The translations under genes were made by a program, and so were the position numbers. 64,000 nucleotides of DNA, taken from the NCBI GenBank assembly GCA_951406725.2, contig OX597833.1, forward strand, positions 46,686,001 to 46,750,000, given 5' to 3'. The notes under the pieces are model-generated. The model did not search any database and was not told the origin of the DNA. It saw only the letters and a list, made by a program, of their open reading frames with translations. Below, piece after piece: positions 1-13,597 of the stretch (positions within the stretch are counted from its first letter, which is position 1; every line of letters starts with the position of its first letter). This stretch comes from Octopus vulgaris. Lineage: Eukaryota.

Positions 1-83
1 ACCATCTAGCACATGCCAGCATGGAAAATACATGTTAAGCAATGATGATATGGTTGTACGGTTAAGAAGTTTGCTTTCTAACC

Positions 84-311
84 TATTTCTTTACTACCCA
101 CAAGGGGCTAAACACAGAGAGGACAAACAAGGACAGACACACAGATTAAGTCGATTACAGCAACCCCAGTGCGTAAGTGGTACTTAATTTATCGACCCCC
201 GAAAGGATGAAAGGCAAAGTCGACCTCGGCGGGATTTGAACTCAGAACGTAGCGGCTGACGAAATACCGCTAAGCATTTCGCCCAGCATGCTAACGATTC
301 TGCCAGCTCAC
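84..311 (-). mobile_element. tRNA-derived Nin-domain-type SINE monomer inserted in a CORE-type SINE head
   Basis: Minus strand has B-box GAGTTCAAAT followed by GTCGACTTTGCCTTTCATCCTTTCGGGG..TCGATAAATTAAGTACC. CORE-SINE sequence lies on both sides (about 50-83 and 312-430). Confidence 0.75.
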
Positions 312-906
312 GTGGTCTCTCAGGTTCAGTTTCACTGAGTGTCACTTTTGGCAAGTGTCATCTACTGTAGCCCCATGCCAATGAAAACCTTATAAGAGAA
401 TTTGGTAAACAAAAATCAAAAGAAACCTTTTGTGTGTGTGAGAGTGTGTGCATGTGTGTGTTTACAAATACACTTCTCTCAAAATTCGTTCATCTATGGT
501 CAGTAATATAGCTGTTATTTCACCTGACATTCACTCATCCATTGGCTTTTCACCTTTGAAGAAGTGTGGATTAAGATATGCTTTATTCAGAGGAAAAAAA
601 TAAAAAACAAGCGAAGTTTAACTTTAAGGAGTAATCTGGTGGTTATAAAACAATGCCTCGATAATATATCTAATTTATGCTAGTGTGGAAAAAAAAGGAG
701 GGGGCCAAAAAAAAACAAAAGAATAAACTTACACACACAATGAGAGAAAGCAAAAGGTGGAGACTTTCAGATGATGATTATTTAAGTATAGATATATAGA
801 TATTTATATTAATGGGTCCACCCAAACCATTATATTAAATATGCTTAAAATATTTAATATCTTTAATTTGTTTATCCGCATAATTTCTCTCTCTCTCTCT
901 CTCTCT

Positions 907-946
<40 letters not shown>

Positions 947-1409
947 TAAATATATAAATTAAATTAGAGATAAAACCACTATTAGGCAAATCAAACAGCG
1001 AAAAACATAAACCAAAACATAAAAATAAATATAATTAATATAATATACAAAATATATAAAATATAAAACTTAAAATATAAATTATTTAAATTTAAAATTT
1101 TTAATTTATATTTATAAATTTTTATATTTTTTAAATTTTAAATTTTTAAACTTTTAATTTATTTATTCATTTATTTATATTTTTATTACTATTATATATA
1201 CATATATATATATATATAAACATTTAATCCATGATCAGACGAGATATAGTTTCTTTCATCTGAATTAACGATTACAGATTAAATGATTATTCACTCTCAG
1301 ATTTGTCTTCAAGGCCTTTACTTCTTATGTGGCTGCATATAGCTCTCTTAAACTTGTTATCCACTGGAAAACACCCCCCCACACACACACACACATACAT
1401 ACGAACATA

Positions 1410-1977
1410 TTTCCTCAAATGTCCAGGGAGGTCCCTGGAAATAGTAGATAATTTTTGTTATCTAGGAGCAGTGGAGGTGGCTCTGAAAGCATAGTTGCTT
1501 GAATAAGAACTGGCTGGACAAAGTTCAGTGAGCTATTACCTTTGTTGGTAAGAAAGGACTTCATTCTCACAGTGAAAGGCAGACTGTATGATGTTTGCAG
1601 TGAAACATGGGCTGTAACTACAGAGGACATGCAAAAGCTTGAAAGAAATGAAGCCGTCATGTTCCATTGCACATGAAGCCATCATGTGCAATGTCAGTGA
1701 GTATATATGACAAAGTGTAAATGCTTTGAGAGAAAAACTGGGTATAAGAGGAATCATTTGCAGTGTGGAATGGCACCCCTGCTAGTGGCACATAAAGGCA
1801 CCAATTACAATCTCAGGGTGGTTGGCATTAGGAAGGGCATCCAGCTGAGGAAAACCATGCCAAATCAGACTGGAGCCTGGCATAGCCTTCCAGCGTGCCA
1901 GCCTAGTCAAACCATCCAACCCATGCCAGCATGGACAACGAATGTTAAATGATGATGATGTTGATGATGATGATGAT
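1410..1977 (+). mobile_element. Degraded, internally deleted RTE LINE 3' fragment
   Basis: Reads FLKCPGRSLEIVDNFCYLG and further frameshifted RT C-terminal pieces homologous to 56753-57370, then the same 3' UTR end and a (GAT)n tail. Confidence 0.8.
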
Positions 1978-2251
1978 CTATTCATTTATAAAAGTTCCGA
2001 TATGAATTTAGAATTATTTTAAATCTTAAATTCAATACTTAGTTCAGAACTTTGTGTAAAGACTACACACCTAGGACAACTACTTTTAGTGAGACAGTAT
2101 ATTTGTTATGATTCAATTCCATTCTGTGATAACCATATTTAGCAATAAGTGCAGCTCAAAATATAATCTTTGCCCCACTGTTGACATGGCTAAGATACAA
2201 AAATCAGGCTTAGATCTAAGTATGTGTGTGTGCATGTGTGTGTGTGTGTGT

Positions 2252-2301
<50 letters not shown>

Positions 2302-2361
2302 CATAAATTTTAGATTTATTTTATCTTAATGGAATACCACATAATTCATTTTTCTATATCT

Positions 2362-3063
2362 CAGAGAGAGAGAGAGAGAGAAAGGAGAGAGAATGTGAGA
2401 AAGAGAAAGCAAAAAAAGAGAAAGGGAGAGAGAAGCAGAGAGAGAGAAAGAGAGAGATGGAAAAGAGAGGGAGGAAAAGGAGAAGAGAGAGTGAAAAAGG
2501 AGAGCAAAAAGAGAGCAAAAGAAAAAGGGGAAAGAGATAAAGAGCAATGAAGATGACAGAGAGGGAGAGAAAAGAAATGGAAAGAGAGAACAAGAGAGAA
2601 GAAAGAATGGGAGAGGGAGATAAGAGTGAGAGAGAGAAGAGAGTGCGAGAGAGAAGAGAGTGAAAGAGAGAAGAGAGTGAGAGAAAGACGAGAGTGAGAG
2701 AGAGATGAGAGAGAGTGAGGTGAAAAAGAGAAAGCAAGAGAGAAGGGGAGAGAGAGAGAGAGATGAAAAAGAGAGAGAAGAAAGGGAGAAGAGAGAGTGA
2801 AGAATGAGCGAGAGAAAAAAGGGAAAGAAATAGAGAGAGCGTTGAAGATAACAGAGAGAGGGAGATAAGAGTGAGAGAGAGAGAAAAGAGTGAGAGAAAG
2901 AGAGGGAAAGAGAGATAAAAACAGAAGAATGAAAGAGGAGAGAGAGAGAGAGCGAAAGAAGACAGAGAAATAAAAAGAAAGGAAAATGAAAACCAAAGAA
3001 AAGAGCAAGAACTAAAGACAGAAGAGAAATAAAAACAAAAATAAAAACAAAGGAAAGAGAAAA
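2362..3063. repeat. Polypurine (GA/GAA-rich) low-complexity tract
   Basis: About 700 bp of almost only A/G on the plus strand, with an internal imperfect duplication. It explains the L/S/F-rich ORFs. Confidence 0.9.
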
Positions 3064-3493
3064 AACAACAGGAATGGTAAATGACAAAGACTGGCTGACA
3101 GAAAAGCAGAATTCCTTGGTGGAAAATGTAGCACAGGTTTGGAGGAGATTCTTTATTTCACCTGAGTGATAAGAAACTAATTGACAACTCCAGAATACAC
3201 AAGGTGACAGAGATAAATAACTCTAATTATTTTCTTCCTCAATAAATGACCGAAGCCATTGTAATTCAATAGAGTCTTTAATTCCATCTCTGCTAAGCAC
3301 CATTCCTATCTTAAGTAGAGTCTTTCAATGACCGTCCAACCTTACATTATGACCACTTGAAATCATGTGATAGACCCAATACACAGAAGAATGGGACTGA
3401 ATGTTTAGTTTGGCTGTGTGGTTAAGCAGCTTGCTTCCAAACTGCTGAATGGCAGGTTCAATTCCACAACATGGCATCTTGGGCTAAGCGTCT

Positions 3494-4120
3494 AATAATA
3501 ATAATAATAATAATAATAATTGTGTACAGTGCTCAGGTGCACTACAACTCATCTAAAGTGTATATATAATCAGGTGTAGTTTCGGCGGATTTCGGAAAGC
3601 ATGAGGGCCTTAAAGGATGCAGTGTCATGGCAGTCAACAACTAACGCAGGTAGTTTATTCCATGCTTCAGCAACTCTGAGCGTGAAAAAATGTTTCCGAA
3701 AGTCATGGGAGCTGTGTTGTTTTCTGACTTTGTAGGCATGTCCATGTGTGTTAGACACATGGAGATCAAAAAGGTGTTCAGTGTTGTTGTTGGTGAGGTG
3801 GTTGATAACTTTGTGGGTGTTTACCAAGTCCGTCGCCAGACGCCGGAGCTTCAGTGAATCCATGCCCAGGGAAACAAGGCGCTCAGAATATGGTAGGTGT
3901 CTGATGGAGGGAATGCGTTTGGTTGCACGTCTCTGGACAGATTCCAGGAGGTCAATGTTCAGAGCAAGATAGGGGTTCCAAACTGATGATGCGAATTCCA
4001 AGTGTGGTCGTACCATAGCTGTATACAGTTTTAAATAGATGGCTGGAGAGCGGCTAACAAAAGTCTTGCTGAGTGATGCCAAGACACCCTCGGCCTTCTT
4101 GACAATTTTAGAGATATGCT
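3494..4120 (-). mobile_element. 5'-truncated CR1-type LINE (RT C-terminus, 3' UTR, (ATT)n tail) nested in a CORE SINE
   Basis: ORF 3570-4082 has LYTAMVRPHLEFASSVWNPY, LESVQRRATK and FFTLRVAEAWNKLP, typical CR1/L2-group RT C-terminal motifs. The host SINE starts at about 3411 and resumes at about 4120. Confidence 0.88.
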
Positions 4121-4230
4121 TCTACAATAGTCCTGGGCTGAGCAATGCCCTTGTAAATTAATTTGGTGGAGGGTAATTGCATTGAAGCTTGTCATGTATA
4201 TTTATGTATATGTGTGTGCATGTGTGTGTA

Positions 4231-4263
<33 letters not shown>

Positions 4264-4519
4264 AAGAGAGTGTGTGTGTGTCCTTGTGCTTGTTTATCCC
4301 CATCACTACTGCCACCACTTATGTGTCATATACATTTGTGTGTGTGTGTGTGTGTTTGTTCTCATCACTACCACCACTTTTATGCCATATATATTTGTGT
4401 GTGTGGATGTGTGTCACCCCATCCTTGTGTTTGTGTTTGTCCCCACCAATGTCACTTGACAACCAGTATTGGTTTGTTTACATCCCTGTAACTTGGCAAT
4501 TCAGAAAAGAGATCCAAAC

Positions 4520-4550
<31 letters not shown>

Positions 4551-4707
4551 ACCAGCCAAAATTGCAAAGATAATCTGGAACTCGACTGAGGATAGAAAAC
4601 TCTGAATGACCCATCCTTATTTTTTTTGTATCATCTGTCTGCATGTTTTGTCCCTTTTTGTAACACCTAACTATCTGGATGTTTTGCATTCTTGTCCCAT
4701 TTTTGTA

Positions 4708-4743
<36 letters not shown>

Positions 4744-4889
4744 GTTTTTCGCTGTTTGATTTGCCTAATAGTGGTTTTATCTCTAATATAATTTATATTT
4801 ATATTTATACTGTGAAATTTGATTTATCCTAAATCTAATTTTTCCCTGTAAGTTTGGATTTACTCCCTAATATTATTATTATTATCATA

Positions 4890-4930
<41 letters not shown>

Positions 4931-6072
4931 CACTGGAGTTAATTTGTTTGATTAAAACTCTTCAAGGTGGTGCTTCAGCATGGCCACAATCCAATGACTG
5001 AAACAAGCCCAAGACAAAAAAGATGATGATGATGATGATGATAATGACGAGGACCACGACGAAGCAAAAAAAAGCCATTATGTTCAGAGTTAGATGACAT
5101 GGTGACTCAGGAATATTTGTCACACTGTCAACAAGGCTTTTAAGAAAAAAGAAAAGAAAAAAAGTTGCAGTCAACTGACTTGTACAGGTTAACACATACA
5201 TTTCACTGACACTAAAAATATAGGTAAAATTTGAAATCACACCTGTAAACTACTTGCTCAAGTAAAATAAATAAATATCCTACATGGGAAAAGACATGAC
5301 AGTTTGATTCAGAAGTTCACCTTGCAATTAATTTTACTTCGTCGAATGTATTAGTTATTTATTCATGTTCTAAAAAAAATTAATCATGTACCCTGTAGCT
5401 TCAAAATTTCAAAGATGAGATGGTTTAGTTTTAGAATGACTTTGTTGGGTAGGTGTGAGAGGCTGGATCTGGCCAGTTTGAACATAAATCAGAGAGAATG
5501 CTAGCATACTAGCCTCCCTTCTCTACACCACTGATGTTACCCAAGGGAAAGGAAAAGGCCAACACAGTTTGGCACCAGTGACATCATAACTCATTCTACA
5601 GCTTGGTGAACTGAAGCAAAGTGAAATAAAGTGTCTTGCTGAAGAACACAACACACAGCCTGGAGGCACATGGCATCATTATGTTCAGAGTTAGATGACA
5701 TGGTGACTCAGGAATATTTGTCACACTGTCAACAAGGCTTTTAAGAAAAAAGAAAAGAAAAAAAGTTGCAGTCAACTGACTTGTACGGGTTAACACATAC
5801 ATGTCACTGACACTAAAAATATAGGCAAAATTTGAAATCACACAATTAGAGAAAAACCACTATTATGTAATTCAAACAATGATAGACACAAACCATATCA
5901 TATAGAATAAAAAATTTATCATAAGACATATAACTAAATCACAAAAAGTACAAAAAGTAAATAAACAATATATGATGAGTAAAAAGACTATGTACATTTC
6001 CCTGTAAGTTTGGAGTTATACTCCCTAATATTATTATTATGATGATTATTATTATTATATATATATACATGT

Positions 6073-6234
6073 ATCATCATCATCGTTTAACATCTGCTTT
6101 CCATGCTAACATGGGTTGGACGATTTGACTGAGGTCTGGCGAACCAGATGGCTGCACCAGGCTCCAATCTGATCTGGCAGAGTTTCTACAGCTGGATGCC
6201 CTTCCTAACGCCAACCACTCCGAGAGTGTAGTGG
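6073..6234 (-). mobile_element. Short RTE 3'-end copy
   Basis: Reverse complement of GGAGTGGTTGGCGTTAGGAAGGGCATCCAGC...CATGGAAAGCAGATGTTAAACGATGATGAT. Confidence 0.8.
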
Positions 6235-6249
6235 AAGCTTATATATATA

Positions 6250-6284
<35 letters not shown>

Positions 6285-6342
6285 ATACACACACACATAT
6301 TGATGGATGGATAGATGGAAGGAGATAGAATATATTGTACAG

Positions 6343-7007
6343 CAGGCCTGGCCAACTCAAATTACACTGCAGGTCACTTTAATCACAGAAAGCTTTTTAA
6401 GGGCCACTTGTATTCTGACAGAATTGAAACCATTTTACTTTCTCATGCTATTATTACAATAATGAATGAATGATCGTTGATTCAATATGAAATATTATTG
6501 TTGCAAAAACAGTAGTATCTTTCTTTTTTTACTTTTGATAAAATTAAAATAATGAGGGCACGTAACAAACACCATCCGAGCGTGGCTGTTCGCCAGCCTC
6601 GTCTGGCACCTGTGTCGGTGGCACATAAAAACACCATCCGAGCGTGGCCGTCTGCCAGCCTCGTCTGGCACCTGTGTCGGTGGCACATAAAAACACCATC
6701 CGAGCGTGGCCGTCTGCCAGCCTTGCCTGGCACCTGTGTCGGTGGCACATAAAATCACCCACTACACTCTCGGAGTGGTTGGCGTTAGGAAGGGCATCCA
6801 GCTGTAGAAACACTGCCAGATCCGACTGGCCTGGTGCAGCCTTCGAGCTTGCCAGACCCCAGTTGAACCGTCCAACCCATGCTAGCATGGAAAGCGAATG
6901 TTAAACGATGATGATGATGATGATGTTTGTTTAAATAAATCCATTTCAAGAAAGTATCAAGTGGGCCGCAAGATAAAAGTCTGCGGGCGCCAGGTTGGCC
7001 AACCCTG
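6343..7007. mobile_element. hAT-like MITE containing a nested RTE 3' fragment
   Basis: Imperfect TIRs CAGGCCTGGCCAAC and GTTGGCCAACCCTG, with 8-bp flanks TTGTACAG (6335-6342) and TTGTACAC (7008-7015) as a probable TSD. Confidence 0.7.
6557..6925 (+). mobile_element. RTE 3' UTR copy with four tandem ~61-bp modules
   Basis: Repeated TGTGTCGGTGGCACATAAAAACACC modules, then the conserved RTE 3' end and (GAT)n. Confidence 0.85.
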
Positions 7008-7310
7008 TTGTACACCATGAATTAAGTATATTTTATCATACCACCACCACTTACCCAGGCAAACTAGTTCCTTCTGCCCCATGTTGCCTGCAGTAATGCC
7101 TTATATTTTGGCAGGCATAACACATGGTCCAAGGGGGAAAATAGGACAAGCGAATGTTTGACATACTGCAAAATAAAGTAAAAGAAGCACGTTAAAGAGT
7201 GTACCTCCTTTTGTTTTTTCAATACAATTTGGGGAAGATCTGGCTGTTTTTTTCTAGCAGGCCAAGGCATTGCATAGAGTCTTTCAGATGTGCACCCATA
7301 TATACTCTAC

Positions 7311-7692
7311 TCTCTTTTTACTCTTTTACTTGTTTCAGTCATTTGACTGTGGCCATGCTGGAGCACTGCCTTTAGTTGAGCACATCAACCTCAGGACTTA
7401 TTCTTTGTAAGCCAAGAACTTATTCTATCAGTCTTCTTTGCCGAACCACTAAGTAACGGGGATGTAAACAAACCACCATCAGTTGTCAAGCGATGTTGGG
7501 GGGACAAACACATACATATATATATATATGACGGGCTTCTTTCAGTTTCCATCTACCAAATCCACTCACAAAGCTTTGGTCAGCCCGAGGCTATAGTAGA
7601 AGACACTTGCCCAAAGTGCCATGCATTGGGAATGAACCCGGAACCATGAGGTTGGAAAGGAAGCTACTTACCACACAGCCACTCCTGCGCCT
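7311..7692 (-). mobile_element. CORE-type tRNA-derived SINE
   Basis: Minus strand has a tRNA-like head (AGGCGCAGGAGTGGCTGTGTGGTAAG, GGTTC), CORE-like TTGGGCAAGTGTCTTCTAC, a central (TA)n and tail CCAGCATGGCCACAGTCAAATGACTGAAACAAGTAAAAGAG. Confidence 0.85.
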
Positions 7693-9953
7693 ATATGTGT
7701 AATTTTCTGAATTACATTTATCTGATTACACACACATACATATATATGCATACAGGAAGAGAAGGAGATTGAAGAAGGTTTCTTGAACTAAATCAAGAGG
7801 GTTGCAAAGATAAGCTGGTGCAAAAATAAGCCAAGATCTAAAAGATCTTTCCCCTCTCTTTTCCTTCTTTCTTTGTGTTATCAATACTATAAATAGACAA
7901 CATGGTCCAAGGGGGAAAATAGGACAAGCGAATGTTTGACATACTGCAAAATAAAGTAAAAGAAGCAAGTAAAAGAGTGTACCTCCTTTTGTTTTTTTCA
8001 ATACAATTTGGGGAAGATCTGGCTGTTTTTTTTCAAGCAGGCCAAGGCATTGCATAGAGTCTTTCAGATCACATTGTTAAAAAAAAAAAAAATACAAAAG
8101 TTGCATATGTATTTTTAAGTGTCAAGAGACTGCACAGAGGTTTCCATATTTTACTGGTAAAAAAAGTTTTAAAAAAAAAGGAAGAAAAGTTGCATACATT
8201 TTTCAACGTATCTCTTGTTTTTAAGACAGAATACAATTTGGGAAAAATTTGGCTGCTTTTTCTAGCAAGCCAAGGGACTGCATAGAGTCTCTTATGGTAA
8301 AAATGAAATACAAAAGTTGCATATATATTCCAAAGTGTTCTTCTTTTTATAAAGATGAACAGAATACAATTTAGGGAAAATTTGGCCACTCTTTCTAGCA
8401 CAGGGTCTCCCATATCTCATTAGCAAAAAAAAAAAAAAAACAGGGCAGGGAGGTGGGGTACATAAGTTGCAGTTTGTGTGTAGGAGTTATTGAACACTTC
8501 TGCAAAATGTTAATGAAATACATGAAATAAAATGCTTTTACTATTAATGTAAGTTTATATGTCAGAAATTTCTTCCTCCAGAAGCCGTATAAGGAAACTG
8601 CTGTTATAAACTATATCACTCTCAAAGTCTTTTTGATCTGCAATCTGGTTAGAACTTAGGGAATGTATAAAGCCACCATAATTTCTAATTGGCGCCGGTT
8701 GCAATAAATTTTTGGTAGCAAAGCTACTTAGATAAGGAACAAGTTGGAAAGATCAATAATGTAGAGGTGAGGTGGAGAAGAATTGAAGAAGAAATATCAG
8801 TGGCTCTCTAAACTTGATTAAATTATATGATAAATTAAATATAAGTACTTTGGTTTTCTAAATTACCATATTACCAATGGTGCCACTATGGTTCTTACTG
8901 CTAGTACTGTTCCTGCTTCTGCTGCTGTTCCTGACCACAGGTAATATATTCATATTCACTTTAATTGCTGCCATCAATGAGAGCTTACATGTAAGTCATA
9001 TATGTAATTTGTTCAGCCATCTCTAAGGTTTATGTATCGGTTTGCAATATGAAAGAAAATAATTGGACAACTTTAGTGCTCTCCTTTTAATTTATAAGTC
9101 ATTAAAAAGAGAAAGAGAACTGAATTATAAAATGCAAGACTGTAAATGTAGTGTTATATTTAGATCTGGACCTAAATATTCAGAGTTCAAATATCACCAG
9201 GGTACCTTTCTCTATAGCAAAATACCTGTTCCTCTTCCTCTACCATATTCTTGCATCCCAACACTGGGCCTAAAAACCACCTTCCCTCAATACTATAGGT
9301 CCACCCTCAATCAAGGTACTTGGTGACCTCACTAGTGCTGGTTTCATGAAAATGTACGCAGTACACTCTCTCTGTAAACTGGTTGGCATTAGAAAGGGCA
9401 TCCAGCTGTAGAAGCCATGCTGAAACAAATACTGGAGCTCAACATGGTTCACTAACCTGTCAGATCCTGTCAAAGCATCCAATCCATGGCTATCAGGGAA
9501 CACAGATGCTAAGTGAGGTTATGATGATGATGAAATCATTTTTATAAAAAAAAAACAAGCAGTTCAGGCAAAAGAATCTGGTAGAATAAGTTCTAGGCTT
9601 ACAAAGAATAAGTTAGTTCTGGGGTCAATTTCCTGGTTTTAAGGGATTTGCAAAAGGCTTAGTTAGTGGCCCAACATTCTGAGTTCATTTGCAGGGCTTA
9701 GAAAAACTGAAGGACTGCTGCAATATGTGTGAGAGTCTGAGAAGGGGAATATATTGATTAAAATCATAATTAATTGATCTTATATTTTCTTTTACTCAAA
9801 GCCAAGAACTTTTCAGCACGCCACCTCAGTACATCTCTCCCAGGAATAGTGGAGGGCAAAAATGAATGGATGCATGCATAAATGAATGAATGCAAAAACT
9901 ACTTTCCCTCCTCATCCCCATATAAATATAATTCACTTGTATTTGAAGTGCAT

Positions 9954-10011
<58 letters not shown>

Positions 10012-10012
10012 T

Positions 10013-10180
10013 GGGACCACGTGTGTACCGTTGGCGATTTTTTTCCCTCCGTCTTCCCTTCTCTGGATCTTTCCTTCTATGTTTCCGACGAAGAGCTCCG
10101 CTTCCCTTCCTTCCTGAGCGTCCAATAGTACTATATTTGTTCCATGTCCTCGCATTGTTGTGTTTTCATGTTTGGATTAA
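10013..10180 (+). mobile_element. Penelope-like remnant (truncated copy of 50060-50830 family)
   Basis: Shares TATGTTTCCGACGAAGAGCTCCGCT and TTCCTGAGCG with 50704-50766, and sits between (TA)n tracts. Confidence 0.5.
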
Positions 10181-11105
10181 CTTTATATATATACACACAT
10201 ATACATATATATACATATCATCATCATCATCATCATCATCATTTAGCGTCCGTTTTCCAGGCTATGATGATGATGATGATGATGATATGTATATATATGT
10301 GTATATATATATATATATATAGAAATATTAAAATAACTAAGTCTCTCTATATATTTTATAAGAATGCCATATTAGTATGGCGATAACTATTATTATATAT
10401 ATATACATATACAAACATATATACATATACATATACATACATATACATATACATATATATACATATACATATATATATATATACTGTTCCTGAATTTGTA
10501 ACTACATTTTCATCCTAAATAAACCGAAACAACAGAATCTGAAATTTTCAGAAACGAAGACCATACAATACTAATGCTTTCATTGCTTCCATTATTTTGA
10601 AAACTAATACAGCTATTAGAAAATATTTGTATTCTTTAGCCATGTAATTAATATATAAATACATTGATATGACAATGATGATGATGATGACGATGACATT
10701 TATAAAGCACTGATGTTTCTTTTTTAAACAATATATTTATTTATTTATTTATTTATTTATTTTGCCAATTCTGAATCTCTGATGTTCAAGACAGAGAAAT
10801 CAGAAGACAATTCTGTCTTTTTAATTTTTAGAAAAAATAACATAAATAAATAAATAAATAAACAAGATAATAATAAAAAAAAAACATTAGAGGAGAGGTT
10901 ATGAATACATTCTTAAATGTTTAAGTGCAGAAGTTTTAGTAAAATTAATGTAAATAGCAAATTCGCTAGTTCCATTATTCAACACTCCATCTAACACTAC
11001 TATCACCAACACCACCATCTCAAAACAATGATGGAACCTCTATATGATTACTTGACTTGCTAGAAATAGCAGCCAATTTGTAATTTTCCATCAAATTCAC
11101 ATCAT

Positions 11106-11264
11106 AGGAGTGGCAGTGTGGTAAGTAGCTTGCTTACGAACCACATGGTTCCGGGTTCAGTCCTACTGCGTGGCATCTTCGGCAAGTGTCTTCTACTATA
11201 GCCTTGGGCTGACCAAAGCCTTGTGAGTGGATTTGGTAGACGGAAACTGTAAGAAGCTTGTCGC

Positions 11265-11295
<31 letters not shown>

Positions 11296-11490
11296 CGTAT
11301 ATGTATGTGTGTGTCTATGTTTGTCCCCCCAACACTGCTTGACAACCGATGCTGGTATGTTTACATCCCTGTAACTTAGCAGTTCGGCAAAAGAGACTGA
11401 TAGAATAAGTACTAGACTTACAAAGAATAAGTCGAATAAAGGCGGTGCTCCAGCATGGCCCCAGTCAAGTGACTGAAAAGAGTAAAAGAG
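11106..11490 (+). mobile_element. CORE-type SINE
   Basis: Same head, core, central (TA)n and tail as 7311-7692. Confidence 0.85.
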
Positions 11491-11529
11491 TATACCAGTA
11501 AAATGCTTAGAATTAAATTTATTTACTGA

Positions 11530-11855
11530 TGATGGTGCCACACAAAAAGTACTGGTAATGGTGCCATGTAAAAAGCACAGGTGATGGTACCACATAAAAA
11601 ATGCTGGTGATGGTGCCATGTAAAAAGCACTAGTGTTGGAACCATGTAAAAAGCACTAGTGATGGTGCCACATAAAAAGCACCCAGTACACTCTGTAAAG
11701 CTGTTGGCATTATGAAGGGCATTCAGCCATAGAAACCAGGCCAAAACAGACTATGGAACTGGATGTGGCTCCTGGCCTTGCCAGTTCCTGTCAAATCGTC
11801 CAACCCATAGCAGCATGGAAAACAGACGTTAAATGAGGAGGACGATGATTATGAT
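11530..11855 (+). mobile_element. RTE-related 3' end with six tandem ~26-bp units
   Basis: Units like GTGATGGTGCCACATAAAAAGCAC precede GTTGGCATTATGAAGGGCATTCAGCC...CATGGAAAACAGACGTTAAATGA. Confidence 0.75.
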
Positions 11856-12221
11856 TATATATTTACATACAAAGATTGCTTGAAAATAAATCGTAAACTA
11901 CATTTCATTTCATAGTTTGTTATTCTTTTGAAATTAAAATAAGTTGTTTAAAAAAATTAGTACAGCTTTCTATATTATCATCATCATCATCATCATTTTA
12001 ACTTCCACTTTTCTATACTTGTATGGGTCAGACAGAATTTGTTGAGACATTTTCTATGGCCGGATGCTCTTCCTGTCACCAACCTTCACCTGTTTCTAAA
12101 TAAGGTAATATTTCTCTTTGACCAGGCATGTTTTCACAGACGATTGAAAACGAATGACACTGCTTGTATAACAGTGACACTCCTTTACAGCTGTCATGCA
12201 ATGTCAAGACCAGGACACCCA

Positions 12222-12253
<32 letters not shown>

Positions 12254-12905
12254 TGATGGACTTCTTTCAGTTTCCATCTGCTAAATCCTCTAACAAGGTT
12301 TTGGTCAGCCCAAGGCTACAACAGAAGACACTTGCCCAAGGTGCCATGTACTGATAAATATGACTTTAAAATAAATTTGATATTGATTAATAAATTTTCA
12401 ATCAATTTGCCTTTTGGCCAATTTGTTTTTCAACAAATATGTTGATTCTGAATTTCTTTTGCAAGAATTTTTATCCAAAACAGTGTGTTTTGAAATCAAT
12501 ATTTGTTATATTTAGGAAGAATCATATCAATAAAAACCCTTCCAAAATGGCTGTGTGGTTAAGAAACTCACTTTGCAAACATGTTGCTTCAGGTTTCATT
12601 TCACTGCACAGTAGCTTGGAATCTTCTTGTATAGCCCGAGGCTGACCAAAGCCCTGTGAATGAATTTGGTAGGCAGAAACTGTGGAAGCCCATCATATAT
12701 ATATATATGTATGCATGTATGTGTGTATGTGCATGTATGTGTGTGTTTTGCTCCATCACCACCAATACTACTACAACTTGACACCCAGTGATGGTTTGTT
12801 TATGTCCTTGTAACTTAGCAGTTTGACAAAAGAGAACAATAGCACAAGTAGCAGATTTAAATAAATAAATACTGGGGCTGATTGGTTTGCTTCACAGGAG
12901 AGTCC

Positions 12906-12954
<49 letters not shown>

Positions 12955-13020
12955 TAATAGTACTGATAATATAATATAGTACTGATAATATAATAATAAT
13001 AATAATAACAATAATAATGG

Positions 13021-13590
13021 TACTGCCCTGAGGCAGTACCAGACAGTGGCTCTCATGGCTTCTAATCTTAACTGACTGGAAGTGTTATCATGTACATAGT
13101 TTTGTCTTGGTACAAAAGATAGGCTACAGCAAATATTTTGCTCAATACCACAGATTTGCTTGTCAGTTGTTTGACCTTAACCAGTTGAGCATGTCCCTTA
13201 GTGGCTAACGATATGTTGCATCTCTGATCATGAGCAGAAGTAGTGGGGGAGCATCATAGCTGTGTGTTGAAAGGAATTTTTAGAGGTTTGAATAATTCAC
13301 CTTTGGAAACGGGTGGTTTGTTCAACATCCTTAAACAATCTTAATCAGGGACCTTTTGAGTGGGATGGACTACTCGACCAGAAGAAAATTCTAACTGGGC
13401 CCCACCTGCAAGGTCATGTGCTGTTTATCTTGATATGAGATCACCATGTCGCGCACATATGGTTGTGATGCATGTGCCTGGTGTACCCTTATCAGATGGG
13501 TAGTCATGATGGATATACAGGGCTTCGTATATTTTATCCCAGTGTCACTTTGATGGCATGCACTGCTCTCTCACTCAATAATAATACTAA
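13021..13590 (+). mobile_element. Non-coding 3' part of a dispersed element with (AAT)n tail (Dong/R4-like candidate)
   Basis: Highly similar to 38935-39443. Both copies end GCACTGCTCTCTCACTC(AAT)n and have (AAT)n upstream. The clade is inferred only. Confidence 0.6.
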
Positions 13591-13597
13591 TAATTTA

